From Eledone cirrhosa (Eukaryota), in contig OZ024759.1 in the NCBI GenBank assembly GCA_964016885.1, positions 1,984,001 through 2,048,000 of the forward strand: 64,000 nt of DNA, in the 5' to 3' direction. This document shows positions 1-15,000 of the stretch, in pieces. Below the pieces are notes generated by a model. That model made no database searches and was not told the DNA's origin. It saw only the letters and a program-made list of their open reading frames with translations. Position 1 is the stretch's first letter. Each line of letters begins with the position of its first letter. Both the position numbers and the translations under genes were made by a program.

Positions 1-2900
1 AACATGAGACAGTCTATATTAGTAGCATGACAAAGTCTATATTAGTAACATGACACAGTCTACATTAGTAACATGACAAAGTCTATATTAGTAACATGGC
101 ACAGTCTATATTAGTAACATGAGACAGTCTATATTAGTAACATGTCAAAGTCTATATTAGTAACATGACACAGTCTATATTAGTAACATGACAAAGTCTA
201 TATTAGTAACATGACAAAGTCTATATTAGTAACATGACACAGTCTATATTAATAACATGACACAGTCTATATTAGTAACATGACACAGTCTATATTATTA
301 ACATGACAAAGTCTATATTAGTAACATGACACAGTCTATATTAGTAACATGAGACAGTCTATATTAGTAACATGACTAAGTCTATATTAGTAACATGACA
401 CAGTCTATATTAGTAACATGACACAGTCTATATTAGTAACATGACAAAGTCTATATTAGTTACATGACAAAGTCTATATTAGTAACATGACAAAGTCTAT
501 ATTAGTAACATGACACAGTCTATATTAGTAACATGACGAAGTCTATATTAGTAACATGACACAGTCTATATTAGTAACATGACACAGTCTATATTAGTAA
601 CATGAAACAGTCTATATTAGTAACATGACAAAGTCTATATTAGTAACATGACAAAGTCTATATTAGTAACATGACAAAGTCTATATTAGTAGCATGACAC
701 AGTCTATATTAGCAACATGACAAAGTCTATATTAGTAACATGACACAGTCTATATTAGTAACATGACACAGTCTATATTAGTAACATGACACAGTCTATA
801 TTAGTAACATGACAAAGTCTATATTAGTAACATGACACAGTCTATATTAGTAACATGACAGTCTATATTAGTAACATGACAGTCTACATTAGTAACATGA
901 CACAGTCTATATTAGTAACATGACACAGTCTATATTAGTAACATGACACAGTCTAGATTAGTAACATGACACAGTCTATATTAGTAACATGAGACAGTCT
1001 ATATTAGTAGCATGACAAAGTCTATATTAGTAACATGACACAGTCTACATTAGTAACATGACAAAGTCTATATTAGTAACATGGCACAGTCTATATTAGT
1101 AACATGAGACAGTCTATATTAGTAACATGTCAAAGTCTATATTAGTAACATGACACAGTCTATATTAGTAACATGACAAAGTCTATATTAGTAACATGAC
1201 AAAGTCTATATTAGTAACATGACACAGTCTATATTAATAACATGACACAGTCTATATTAGTAACATGACACAGTCTATATTATTAACATGACAAAGTCTA
1301 TATTAGTAACATGACACAGTCTATATTAGTAACATGAGACAGTCTATATTAGTAACATGACTAAGTCTATATTAGTAACATGACACAGTCTATATTAGTA
1401 ACATGACACAGTCTATATTAGTAACATGACAAAGTCTATATTAGTTACATGACAAAGTCTATATTAGTAACATGACAAAGTCTATATTAGTAACATGACA
1501 CAGTCTATATTAGTAACATGACGAAGTCTATATTAGTAACATGACACAGTCTATATTAGTAACATGACACAGTCTATATTAGTAACATGAAACAGTCTAT
1601 ATTAGTAACATGACAAAGTCTATATTAGTAACATGACAAAGTCTATATTAGTAACATGACAAAGTCTATATTAGTAGCATGACACAGTCTATATTAGCAA
1701 CATGACAAAGTCTATATTAGTAACATGACAAAGTCTATATTAGTAACATGACACAGTCTATATTAGTAACATGACAAAGTCTACATTAGTAACATGACAA
1801 AGTCTATATTAGTAACATGACAAGGTCTGTATTAGTAACATGACACAGTCTATATTAGTAGCATGACACAGTCTTTATTAGTAACATGACAAAGTCTATA
1901 TTAGTAACATGACACAGTCTATATTAGTAACATGACACAGTCTATATTAGTAACATGACACAGTCTAGATTAGTAACATGACACAGTCTATATTAGTAAC
2001 ATGAGACAGTCTATATTAGTAGCATGACAAAGTCTATATTAGTAACATGACACAGTCTACATTAGTAACATGACAAAGTCTATATTAGTAACATGGCACA
2101 GTCTATATTAGTAACATGAGACAGTCTATATTAGTAACATGTCAAAGTCTATATTAGTAACATGACACAGTCTATATTAGTAACATGACAAAGTCTATAT
2201 TAGTAACATGACAAAGTCTATATTAGTAACATGACACAGTCTATATTAATAACATGACACAGTCTATATTAGTAACATGACACAGTCTATATTATTAACA
2301 TGACAAAGTCTATATTAGTAACATGACACAGTCTATATTAGTAACATGAGACAGTCTATATTAGTAACATGACTAAGTCTATATTAGTAACATGACACAG
2401 TCTATATTAGTAACATGACACAGTCTATATTAGTAACATGACAAAGTCTATATTAGTTACATGACAAAGTCTATATTAGTAACATGACAAAGTCTATATT
2501 AGTAACATGACACAGTCTATATTAGTAACATGACGAAGTCTATATTAGTAACATGACACAGTCTATATTAGTAACATGACACAGTCTATATTAGTAACAT
2601 GAAACAGTCTATATTAGTAACATGACAAAGTCTATATTAGTAACATGACAAAGTCTATATTAGTAACATGACAAAGTCTATATTAGTAGCATGACACAGT
2701 CTATATTAGCAACATGACAAAGTCTATATTAGTAACATGACACAGTCTATATTAGTAACATGACACAGTCTATATTAGTAACATGACACAGTCTATATTA
2801 GTAACATGACAAAGTCTATATTAGTAACATGACACAGTCTATATTAGTAACATGACAGTCTATATTAGTAACATGACAGTCTACATTAGTAACATGACAC
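1..2900 (+). repeat. Higher-order repeat, three units of about 1 kb (43-44 monomers) starting at 1, 986 and 1998
   Basis: The markers ATGGCAC and ATGTCAAAG are seen only in these three units. Offsets are 985 (43x23-4) and 1012 (44x23). Confidence 0.85.
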
Positions 2901-5900
2901 AGTCTATATTAGTAACATGACAAAGTCGATATTAGTAACATGACAATGTCTATATTAGTAACATGACAAAGTCTATATTAGTAACATGACACAGTCTATA
3001 TTACTAACATGACACAGTCTATATTAGTAACATGACAAAGTCTATATTAGTAATATGACAAAGTCTATATTAGTAAAATGACAAAGTCTATATTAGTAGC
3101 ATGACAAAGTCTTTATTAGTAACATGACACAGTCTATATTAGTAACATGACACAGTCTATATTAGTAACATGACAAAGTCTATATTAGTAACATGACAAA
3201 GTCTATATTAGTAACATGACACAGTCTATATTAGTAACATGACACAGTCTATATTAGTAACATGACAAAGTCTATATTAGTAACATGACAAAGTCTATAT
3301 TAGTAACATGACACAGTCTATATTAGTAACATGACACAGTCTATATTAGTAACATGAGACAGTCTATATTAGTAGCATGACAAAGTCTATATTAGTAACA
3401 TGACACAGTCTACATTAGTAACATGACAAAGTCTATATTAGTAACATGACACAGTCTATATTAGTAACATGAGACAGTCTATATTAGTAACATGACAAAG
3501 TCTATATTAGTAACATGACACAGTCTATATTAGTAACATGACACAGTCTATATTAGTAACATGACAAAGTCTATATTAGTAACATGACAAAGTCTATATT
3601 AGTAACATGACAAAGTCTATATTAGTAACATGACACAGTCTATACTAGTAACATGACACAGTCTATATTAGTAACATGACAAAGTCTATATTAGTAACAT
3701 GACAAAGTCTACATTAGTAACATGACAAAGTCTATATTAGTAACATCACACAGTCTATATTAGTAACATGACAAAGTCTATATTAGTAACATGACACAGT
3801 CTATATTAGTAGCATGACAAAGTCTGTATTAGTAACATGACAAAGTCTATATTAGTAACATGACAAAGTCTACATTAGTAACATGACAAAGTCTATATTA
3901 GTAACATCACACAGTCTATATTAGTAACATGACAAAGTCTATATTAGTAACATGACAAAGTCTATATTAGTAACATGACACAGTCTATATTAGTAACATG
4001 ACACAGTCTATATTAGTAACATGAGACAGTCTATATTAGTAGCATGACAAAGTCTATATTAGTAACATGACACAGTCTACATTAGTAACATGACAAAGTC
4101 TATATTAGTAACATGACACAGTCTATATTAGTAACATGAGACAGTCTATATTAGTAACATGACTAAGTCTATATTAGTAACATGACACAGTCTATATTAG
4201 TAACATGACACAGTCTATATTAGTAACATGACAAAGTCTATATTAGTTACATGACAAAGTCTATATTAGTAACATGACAAAGTCTATATTAGTAACATGA
4301 CACAGTCTATATTAGTAACATGACGAAGTCTATATTAGTAACATGACACAGTCTATATTAGTAACATGACACAGTATATATTAGTAACATGAAAAAGTCT
4401 ATATTAGTAACATGACAAAGTCTATATTAGTAACATGACAAAGTCTATATTAGTAACATGACAAAGTCTATATTAGTAGCATGACACAGTCTATATTAAT
4501 AACATGACACAGTCTATATTAGTAACATGACACAGTCTATATTATTAACATGACAAAGTCTATATTAGTAACATGACACAGTCTATATTAGTAACATGAG
4601 ACAGTCTATATTAGTAACATGACTAAGTCTATATTAGTAACATGACACAGTCTATATTAGTAACATGACACAGTCTATATTAGTAACATGACAAAGTCTA
4701 TATTAGTTACATGACAAAGTCTATATTAGTAACATGACAAAGTCTATATTAGTAACATGACACAGTCTATATTAGTAACATGACGAAGTCTATATTAGTA
4801 ACATGACACAGTCTATATTAGTAACATGACACAGTCTATATTAGTAACATGAAACAGTCTATATTAGTAACATGACAAAGTCTATATTAGTAACATGACA
4901 AAGTCTATATTAGTAACATGACAAAGTCTATATTAGTAGCATGACACAGTCTATATTAGCAACATGACAAAGTCTATATTAGTAACATGACACAGTCTAT
5001 ATTAGTAACATGACACAGTCTATATTAGTAACATGACACAGTCTATATTAGTAACATGACAAAGTCTATATTAGTAACATGACACAGTCTATATTAGTAA
5101 CATGACAGTCTATATTAGTAACATGACAGTCTACATTAGTAACATGACACAGTCTATATTAGTAACATGACAAAGTCGATATTAGTAACATGACAATGTC
5201 TATATTAGTAACATGACAAAGTCTATATTAGTAACATGACACAGTCTATATTACTAACATGACACAGTCTATATTAGTAACATGACAAAGTCTATATTAG
5301 TAATATGACAAAGTCTATATTAGTAAAATGACAAAGTCTATATTAGTAGCATGACAAAGTCTTTATTAGTAACATGACACAGTCTATATTAGTAACATGA
5401 CACAGTCTATATTAGTAACATGACAAAGTCTATATTAGTAACATGACAAAGTCTATATTAGTAACATGACACAGTCTATATTAGTAACATGACACAGTCT
5501 ATATTAGTAACATGACAAAGTCTATATTAGTAACATGACAAAGTCTATATTAGTAACATGACACAGTCTATATTAGTAACATGACACAGTCTATATTAGT
5601 AACATGAGACAGTCTATATTAGTAGCATGACAAAGTCTATATTAGTAACATGACACAGTCTACATTAGTAACATGACAAAGTCTATATTAGTAACATGAC
5701 ACAGTCTATATTAGTAACATGAGACAGTCTATATTAGTAACATGACAAAGTCTATATTAGTAACATGACACAGTCTATATTAGTAACATGACACAGTCTA
5801 TATTAGTAACATGACAAAGTCTATATTAGTAACATGACAAAGTCTATATTAGTAACATGACAAAGTCTATATTAGTAACATGACACAGTCTATACTAGTA

Positions 5901-6250
5901 ACATGACACAGTCTATATTAGTAACATGACAAAGTCTATATTAGTAACATGACAAAGTCTACATTAGTAACATGACAAAGTCTATATTAGTAACATCACA
6001 CAGTCTATATTAGTAACATGACAAAGTCTATATTAGTAACATGACACAGTCTATATTAGTAGCATGACAAAGTCTGTATTAGTAACATGACAAAGTCTAT
6101 ATTAGTAACATGACAAAGTCTACATTAGTAACATGACAAAGTCTATATTAGTAACATCACACAGTCTATATTAGTAACATGACAAAGTCTATATTAGTAA
6201 CATGACAAAGTCTATATTAGTAACATGACACAGTCTATATTAGTAACATG
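2240..6250 (+). repeat. Duplication with period 2250 bp (98 monomers), approximate bounds
   Basis: CAAAGTCGAT at 2921 and 5171, followed by the same TACTAAC, TAATATG, CTATACTAG and CATCACAC series. 2250 = 98x23-4. Confidence 0.75.
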
Positions 6251-8199
6251 ACACAGTCTAGATTAGTAACATGAGACAGTCTATATTAGTAGCATGACAA
6301 AGTCTATATTAGTAACATGACACAGTCTATATTAGTAACATGAGACAGTCTATATTAGTAACATGACAAAGTCTATATTAGTAACATGACACAGTCTATA
6401 TTAGTAACATGACACAGTCTATATTAGTAACATGACAAAGTCTATATTAGTAACATGACAAAGTCTATATTAGTAACATGACAAAGTCTATATTAGTAAC
6501 ATGACACAGTCTATACTAGTAACATGACACAGTCTATATTAGTAACATGACAAAGTCTATATTAGTAACATGACAAAGTCTACATTAGTAACATGACAAA
6601 GTCTATATTAGTAACATCACACAGTCTATATTAGTAACATGACAAAGTCTATATTAGTAACATGACACAGTCTATATTAGTAGCATGACAAAGTCTGTAT
6701 TAGTAACATGACAAAGTCTATATTAGTAACATGACAAAGTCTACATTAGTAACATGACAAAGTCTATATTAGTAACATCACACAGTCTATATTAGTAACA
6801 TGACAAAGTCTATATTAGTAACATGACAAAGTCTATATTAGTAACATGACACAGTCTATATTAGTAACATGACACAGTCTATATTAGTAACATGAGACAG
6901 TCTATATTAGTAGCATGACAAAGTCTATATTAGTAACATGACACAGTCTACATTAGTAACATGACAAAGTCTATATTAGTAACATGACACAGTCTATATT
7001 AGTAACATGAGACAGTCTATATTAGTAACATGACTAAGTCTATATTAGTAACATGACACAGTCTATATTAGTAACATGACACAGTCTATATTAGTAACAT
7101 GACAAAGTCTATATTAGTTACATGACAAAGTCTATATTAGTAACATGACAAAGTCTATATTAGTAACATGACACAGTCTATATTAGTAACATGACGAAGT
7201 CTATATTAGTAACATGACACAGTCTATATTAGTAACATGACACAGTATATATTAGTAACATGAAAAAGTCTATATTAGTAACATGACTAAGTCTATATTA
7301 GTAACATGACACAGTCTATATTAGTAACATGACACAGTCTATATTAGTAACATGACAAAGTCTATATTAGTTACATGACAAAGTCTATATTAGTAACATG
7401 ACAAAGTCTATATTAGTAACATGACACAGTCTATATTAGTAACATGACGAAGTCTATATTAGTAACATGACACAGTCTATATTAGTAACATGACACAGTA
7501 TATATTAGTAACATGAAAAAGTCTATATTAGTAACATGACAAAGTCTATATTAGTAACATGACAAAGTCTATATTAGTAACATGACAAAGTCTATATTAG
7601 TAGCATGACACAGACTATATTAGCAACATGACAAAGTCTATATTAGTAACATGACACAGTCTATATTAGTAACATGACAGAGTCTATATTAGTAACATGA
7701 CACAGTCTATATTAGTAACATGACAAAGTCTACATTAGTAACATGACAAAGTCTATATTAGTAACATGACAAGGTCTGTATTAGTAACATGACACAGTCT
7801 ATATTAGTAGCATGACACAGTCTATATTAGTAACATGATACAGTCTATATTAGTAACATGACAAAGTCTATATTAGTAACATGACAAAGTCTATATTAGT
7901 AAAATGACAAAGTCTATATTAGTAACATGACAAAGTCTTTATTAGTAACATGACACAGTCTATATTAGTAACATGACACAGTCTATATTAGTAACATGAC
8001 AAAGTCTATATTAGTAACATGACACAGTCTATATTAGTAACATGACACAGTCTATATTAGTAACATGACACAGTCTAGATTAGTAACATGACACAGTCTA
8101 TATTAGTAACATGAGACAGTCTATATTAGTAGCATGACAAAGTCTATATTAGTAACATGACACAGTCTACATTAGTAACATGACAAAGTCTATATTAGT

Positions 8200-11100
8200 A
8201 ACATGACACAGTCTATATTAGTAACATGAGACAGTCTATATTAGTAACATGACAAAGTCTATATTAGTAACTTGACACAGTCTATATTAGTAACATGACA
8301 AAGTCTATATTAGTAACATGACAAAGTCTATATTAGTAACATGACAAAGTCTATATTAGTAACATGACAAAGTCTATATTAGTAGCATGACCCAGTCTAT
8401 ATTAGCAACATGACAAAGTCTATATTAGTAACATGACACAGTCTATATTAATAACATGACACAGTCTATATTAGTAACATGACACAGTCTATATTATTAA
8501 CATGACAAAGTCTATATTAGTAACATGATACAGTCTATATTAGTAACATGAGACAGTCTATATTAGTAACATGACTAAGTCTATATTAGTAACATGACAC
8601 AGTCTATATTAGTAACATGACACAGTCTATATTAGTAACATGACAAAGTCTATATTAGTTACATGACAAAGTCTATATTAGTAACATGACAAAGTCTATA
8701 TTAGTAACATGACACAGTCTATATTAGTAACATGACGAAGTCTATATTAGTAACATGACACAGTCTATATTAGTAACATGACACAGTCTTTATTAGTAAC
8801 ATGAAAAAGTCTATATTAGTAACATGACAAAGTCTATATTAGTAACATGACAAAGTCTATATTAGTAACATGACAAAGTCTATATTAGTAGCATGACACA
8901 GTCTATATTAGCAACATGACAAAGTCTATATTAGTAACATGACACAGTCTATATTAGTAACATGACACAGTCTATATTAGTAACATGACACAGTCTATAT
9001 TAGTAACATGACAAAGTCTACATTAGTAACATGACAAAGTCTATATTAGTAACATGACAAGGTCTATATTAGTAACATGACACAGTCTATATTAGTAGCA
9101 TGACACAGTCTATATTAGTAACATGATACAGTCTATATTAGTAACATGACAAAGTCTATATTAGTAACATGACACAGTCTATATTAGTAACATGACAGTC
9201 TATATTAGTAACATGACACAGTCTATATTAGTAACATGACAAAGTCTACATTAGTAACATGACAAAGTCTATATTAGTAACATGACAAGGTCTATATTAG
9301 TAACATGACACAGTCTATATTAGTAGCATGACACAGTCTATATTAGTAACATGATACAGTCTATATTAGTAACATGACAAAGTCTATATTAGTAACATGA
9401 CACAGTCTATATTAGTAACATGACAGTCTACATTAGTAACATGACACAGTCTATATTAGTAACATGACAAAGTCGATATTAGTAACATGACAATGTCTAT
9501 ATTAGTAACATGACAAAGTCTATATTAGTAACATGACACAGTCTATATTACTAACATGACACAGTCTATATTAGTAACATGACAAAGTCTATATTAGTAA
9601 CATGACAAAGTCTATATTAGTAATATGACAAAGTCTATATTAGTAAAATGACAAAGTCTATATTAGTAGCATGACAAAGTCTTTATTAGTAACATGACAC
9701 AGTCTATATTAGTAACATGACACAGTCTATATTAGTAACATGACAAAGTCTATATTAGTAACATGACACAGTCTATATTAGTAACATGAGACAGTCTATA
9801 TTAGTAACATGACACAGTCTATATTAGTAACTTGACACAGTCTATATTAGTAACATGACAAAGTCTATATTAGTAACATGACAAAGTCTATATTAGTAAC
9901 ATGACAAAGTCTATATTAGTAACATGACAAAGTCTATATTAGTAGCATGACCCAGTCTATATTAGCAACATGACAAAGTCTATATTAGTAACATGACACA
10001 GTCTATATTAATAACATGACACAGTCTATATTAGTAACATGACACAGTCTATATTATTAACATGACAAAGTCTATATTAGTAACATGATACAGTCTATAT
10101 TAGTAACATGAGACAGTCTATATTAGTAACATGACTAAGTCTATATTAGTAACATGACACAGTCTATATTAGTAACATGACACAGTCTATATTAGTAACA
10201 TGACAAAGTCTATATTAGTTACATGACAAAGTCTATATTAGTAACATGACAAAGTCTATATTAGTAACATGACACAGTCTATATTAGTAACATGACGAAG
10301 TCTATATTAGTAACATGACACAGTCTATATTAGTAACATGACACAGTCTTTATTAGTAACATGAAACAGTCTATATTAGTAACATGACAAAGTCTATATT
10401 AGTAACATGACAAAGTCTATATTAGTAACATGACAAAGTCTATATTAGTAGCATGACACAGTCTATATTAGCAACATGACAAAGTCTATATTAGTAACAT
10501 GACACAGTCTATATTAGTAACATGACACAGTCTATATTAGTAACATGACACAGTCTATATTAGTAACATGACAAAGTCTACATTAGTAACATGACAAAGT
10601 CTATATTAGTAACATGACAAGGTCTATATTAGTAACATGACACAGTCTATATTAGTAGCATGACACAGTCTATATTAGTAACATGATACAGTCTATATTA
10701 GTAACATGACAAAGTCTATATTAGTAACATGACACAGTCTATATTAGTAACATGACAGTCTATATTAGTAACATGACACAGTCTATATTAGTAACATGAC
10801 AAAGTCTACATTAGTAACATGACAAAGTCTATATTAGTAACATGACAAGGTCTATATTAGTAACATGACACAGTCTATATTAGTAGCATGACACAGTCTA
10901 TATTAGTAACATGATACAGTCTATATTAGTAACATGACAAAGTCTATATTAGTAACATGACACAGTCTATATTAGTAACATGACAGTCTACATTAGTAAC
11001 ATGACACAGTCTATATTAGTAACATGACAAAGTCGATATTAGTAACATGACAATGTCTATATTAGTAACATGACAAAGTCTATATTAGTAACATGACACA

Positions 11101-11340
11101 GTCTATATTACTAACATGACACAGTCTATATTAGTAACATGACAAAGTCTATATTAGTAACATGACAAAGTCTATATTAGTAATATGACAAAGTCTATAT
11201 TAGTAAAATGACAAAGTCTATATTAGTAGCATGACAAAGTCTTTATTAGTAACATGACACAGTCTATATTAGTAACATGACACAGTCTATATTAGTAACA
11301 TGACAAAGTCTATATTAGTAACATGACACAGTCTATATTA
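8200..11340 (+). repeat. Tandem duplication with period 1560 bp (68 monomers)
   Basis: AACTTGAC (about 8270 and 9830) and GACCCAG (about 8390 and 9950) recur. Printed lines match at +1560 (68x23-4) with few differences. Confidence 0.88.
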
Positions 11341-12099
11341 GTAACATGACACAGTCTATATTAGTAACATGACACAGTCTATATTAGTAACATGACAAAG
11401 TCTATATTAGTAACATGACAAAGTCTATATTAGTAACATGACACAGTCTATATTAGTAACATGACACAGTCTATATTAGTAACATGAGACAGTCTATATT
11501 AGTAGCATGACAAAGTCTATATTAGTAACATGACACAGTCTACATTAGTAACATGACAAAGTCTATATTAGTATCATGACACAGTCTATATTAGTAACAT
11601 GAGACAGTCTATATTAGTAACATGACAAAGTCTATATTAGTAACATGACACAGTCTATATTAGTAACATGACAAAGTCTACATTAGTAACATGACAAAGT
11701 CTATATTAGTAACATGACACAGTCTATATTAGTAACATGACAAAGTCTATATTAGTAGCATGACAAAGTCTATATTAGTAACATGACAAAGTCTATATTA
11801 GTAACATGACAAAGTCTATATTAGTAACATGACAAAGTCTATATTAGTAACATGACAAAGTCGATATTAGTAACATGACAAAGTCTATATTAGTAACATG
11901 ACACAGTATATATTAGTAACATGACAGTCTATATTAGTAACATGACAGTCTACATTAGTAACATGACACAGTCTATATTAGTAACATGACAAAGTCGATA
12001 TTAGTAACTTGACAATGTCTATATTAGTAACATGACAAAGTCTATATTAGTAACATGACACAGTCTATATTACTAACATGACACAGTCTATATTAGTAA

Positions 12100-15000
12100 C
12101 ATGACACAGTCTATATTAGTAACATGACAAAGTCTATATTAGTAACATGACAAAGTCTATATTAGTAACATGACAAAATCTATATTAGTAACATGACACA
12201 GTCTATATTAGTAACATGACACAGTCTATATTAGTAGCATGACACAGTCTATATTAGTAACATGATACAGTCTATATTAGTAACATGACAAAGTCGATAT
12301 TAGTAATATGACAAAGTCTATATTAGTAAAATGACAAAGTCTATATTAGTAGCATGACAAAGTCTTTATTAGTAACATGACACAGTCTATATTAGTAACA
12401 TGACACAGTCTATATTAGTAACATGACAAAGTCTATATTAGTAACATGACAAAGTCTATATTAGTAACATGACACAGTCTATATTAGTAACATGACACAG
12501 TCTATATTAGTAACATGACAAAGTCTATATTAGTAACATGACAAAGTCTATATTAGTAACATGACACAGTCTATATTAGTAACATGACACAGTCTATATT
12601 AGTAACATGAGACAGTCTATATTAGTAGCATGACAAAGTCTATATTAGTAACATGACACAGTCTACATTAGTAACATGACAAAGTCTATATTAGTAACAT
12701 GACACAGTCTATATTAGTAACATGAGACAGTCTATATTAGTAACATGACAAAGTCTATATTAGTAACATGACACAGTCTATATTAGTAACATGACACAGT
12801 CTATATTAGTAACATGACAAAGTCTATATTAGTAACATGACAAAGTCTATATTAGTAACATGACAAAATCTATATTAGTAACATGACACAGTCTATATTA
12901 GTAACATGACACAGTCTATATTAGTAGCATGACACAGTCTATATTAGTAACATGATACAGTCTATATTAGTAACATGACAAAGTCGATATTAGTAATATG
13001 ACAAAGTCTATATTAGTAAAATGACAAAGTCTATATTAGTAGCATGACAAAGTCTTTATTAGTAACATGACACAGTCTATATTAGTAACATGACACAGTC
13101 TATATTAGTAACATGACAAAGTCTATATTAGTAACATGACAAAGTCTATATTAGTAACATGACACAGTCTATATTAGTAACATGACACAGTCTATATTAG
13201 TAACATGACAAAGTCTATATTAGTAACATGACAAAGTCTATATTAGTAACATGACACAGTCTATATTAGTAACATGACACAGTCTATATTAGTAACATGA
13301 GACAGTCTATATTAGTAGCATGACAAAGTCTATATTAGTAACATGACACAGTCTACATTAGTAACATGACAAAGTCTATATTAGTAACATGACACAGTCT
13401 ATATTAGTAACATGAGACAGTCTATATTAGTAACATGACAAAGTCTATATTAGTAACATGACACAGTCTATATTAGTAACATGACACAGTCTATATTAGT
13501 AACATGACAAAGTCTATATTAGTAACATGACAAAGTCTATATTAGTAACATGACAAAGTCTATATTAGTAACATGACACAGTCTATACTAGTAACATGAC
13601 ACAGTCTATATTAGTAACATGACAAAGTCTATATTAGTAACATGACAAAGTCTATATTAGTAACATGACAAAGTCTATATTAGTAACATGACAAAGTCTA
13701 TATTAGTAGCATGACACAGTCTATATTAGCAACATGACAAAGTCTATATTAGTAACATGACACAGTCTATATTAGTAGCATGACAAAGTCTGTATTAGTA
13801 ACATGACAAAGTCTATATTAGTAACATGACAAAGTCTACATTAGTAACATGACAAAGTCTATATTAGTAACATGACACAGTCTAAATTAGTAACATGACA
13901 AAGTCTATATTAGTAGCATGACAAAGTCTATATTAGTAACATGACAAAGTCTATATTAGTAACATGACACAGTCTATATTAGTAACATGACACAGTCTAT
14001 ATTAGTAACATGACAAAGTCTATATTAGTAACATGACAAAGTCTATATTAGTAACATGACACAGTCTATATTAGTAACATGACACAGTCTATATTAGTAA
14101 CATGACAAAGTCTATATTAGTAACATGACAAAGTCTATATTAGTAACATGACACAGTCTATATTAGTAACATGACACAGTCTATATTAGTAACATGAGAC
14201 AGTCTATATTAGTAGCATGACAAAGTCTATATTAGTAACATGACACAGTCTACATTAGTAACATGACAAAGTCTATATTAGTAACATGACACAGTCTATA
14301 TTAGTAACATGAGACAGTCTATATTAGTAACATGACAAAGTCTATATTAGTAACATGACACAGTCTATATTAGTAACATGACACAGTCTATATTAGTAAC
14401 ATGACAAAGTCTATATTAGTAACATGACAAAGTCTATATTAGTAACATGACAAAGTCTATATTAGTAACATGACACAGTCTATACTAGTAACATGACACA
14501 GTCTATATTAGTAACATGACAAAGTCTATATTAGTAACATGACAAAGTCTATATTAGTAACATGACAAAGTCTATATTAGTAACATGACAAAGTCTATAT
14601 TAGTAGCATGACACAGTCTATATTAGCAACATGACAAAGTCTATATTAGTAACATGACACAGTCTATATTAGTAGCATGACAAAGTCTGTATTAGTAACA
14701 TGACAAAGTCTATATTAGTAACATGACAAAGTCTACATTAGTAACATGACAAAGTCTATATTAGTAACATGACAGTCTAAATTAGTAACATGACAAAGTC
14801 TATATTAGTAGCATGACAAAGTCTATATTAGTAACATGACAAAGTCTATATTAGTAACATGACAAAGTCTATATTAGTAACATGACAAAGTCTATATTAG
14901 TAACATTACAAAGTCGATATTAGTAACATGACAAAGTCTATATTAGTAACATGACACAGTATATATTAGTAACATGACAGTCTATATTAGTAACATGACA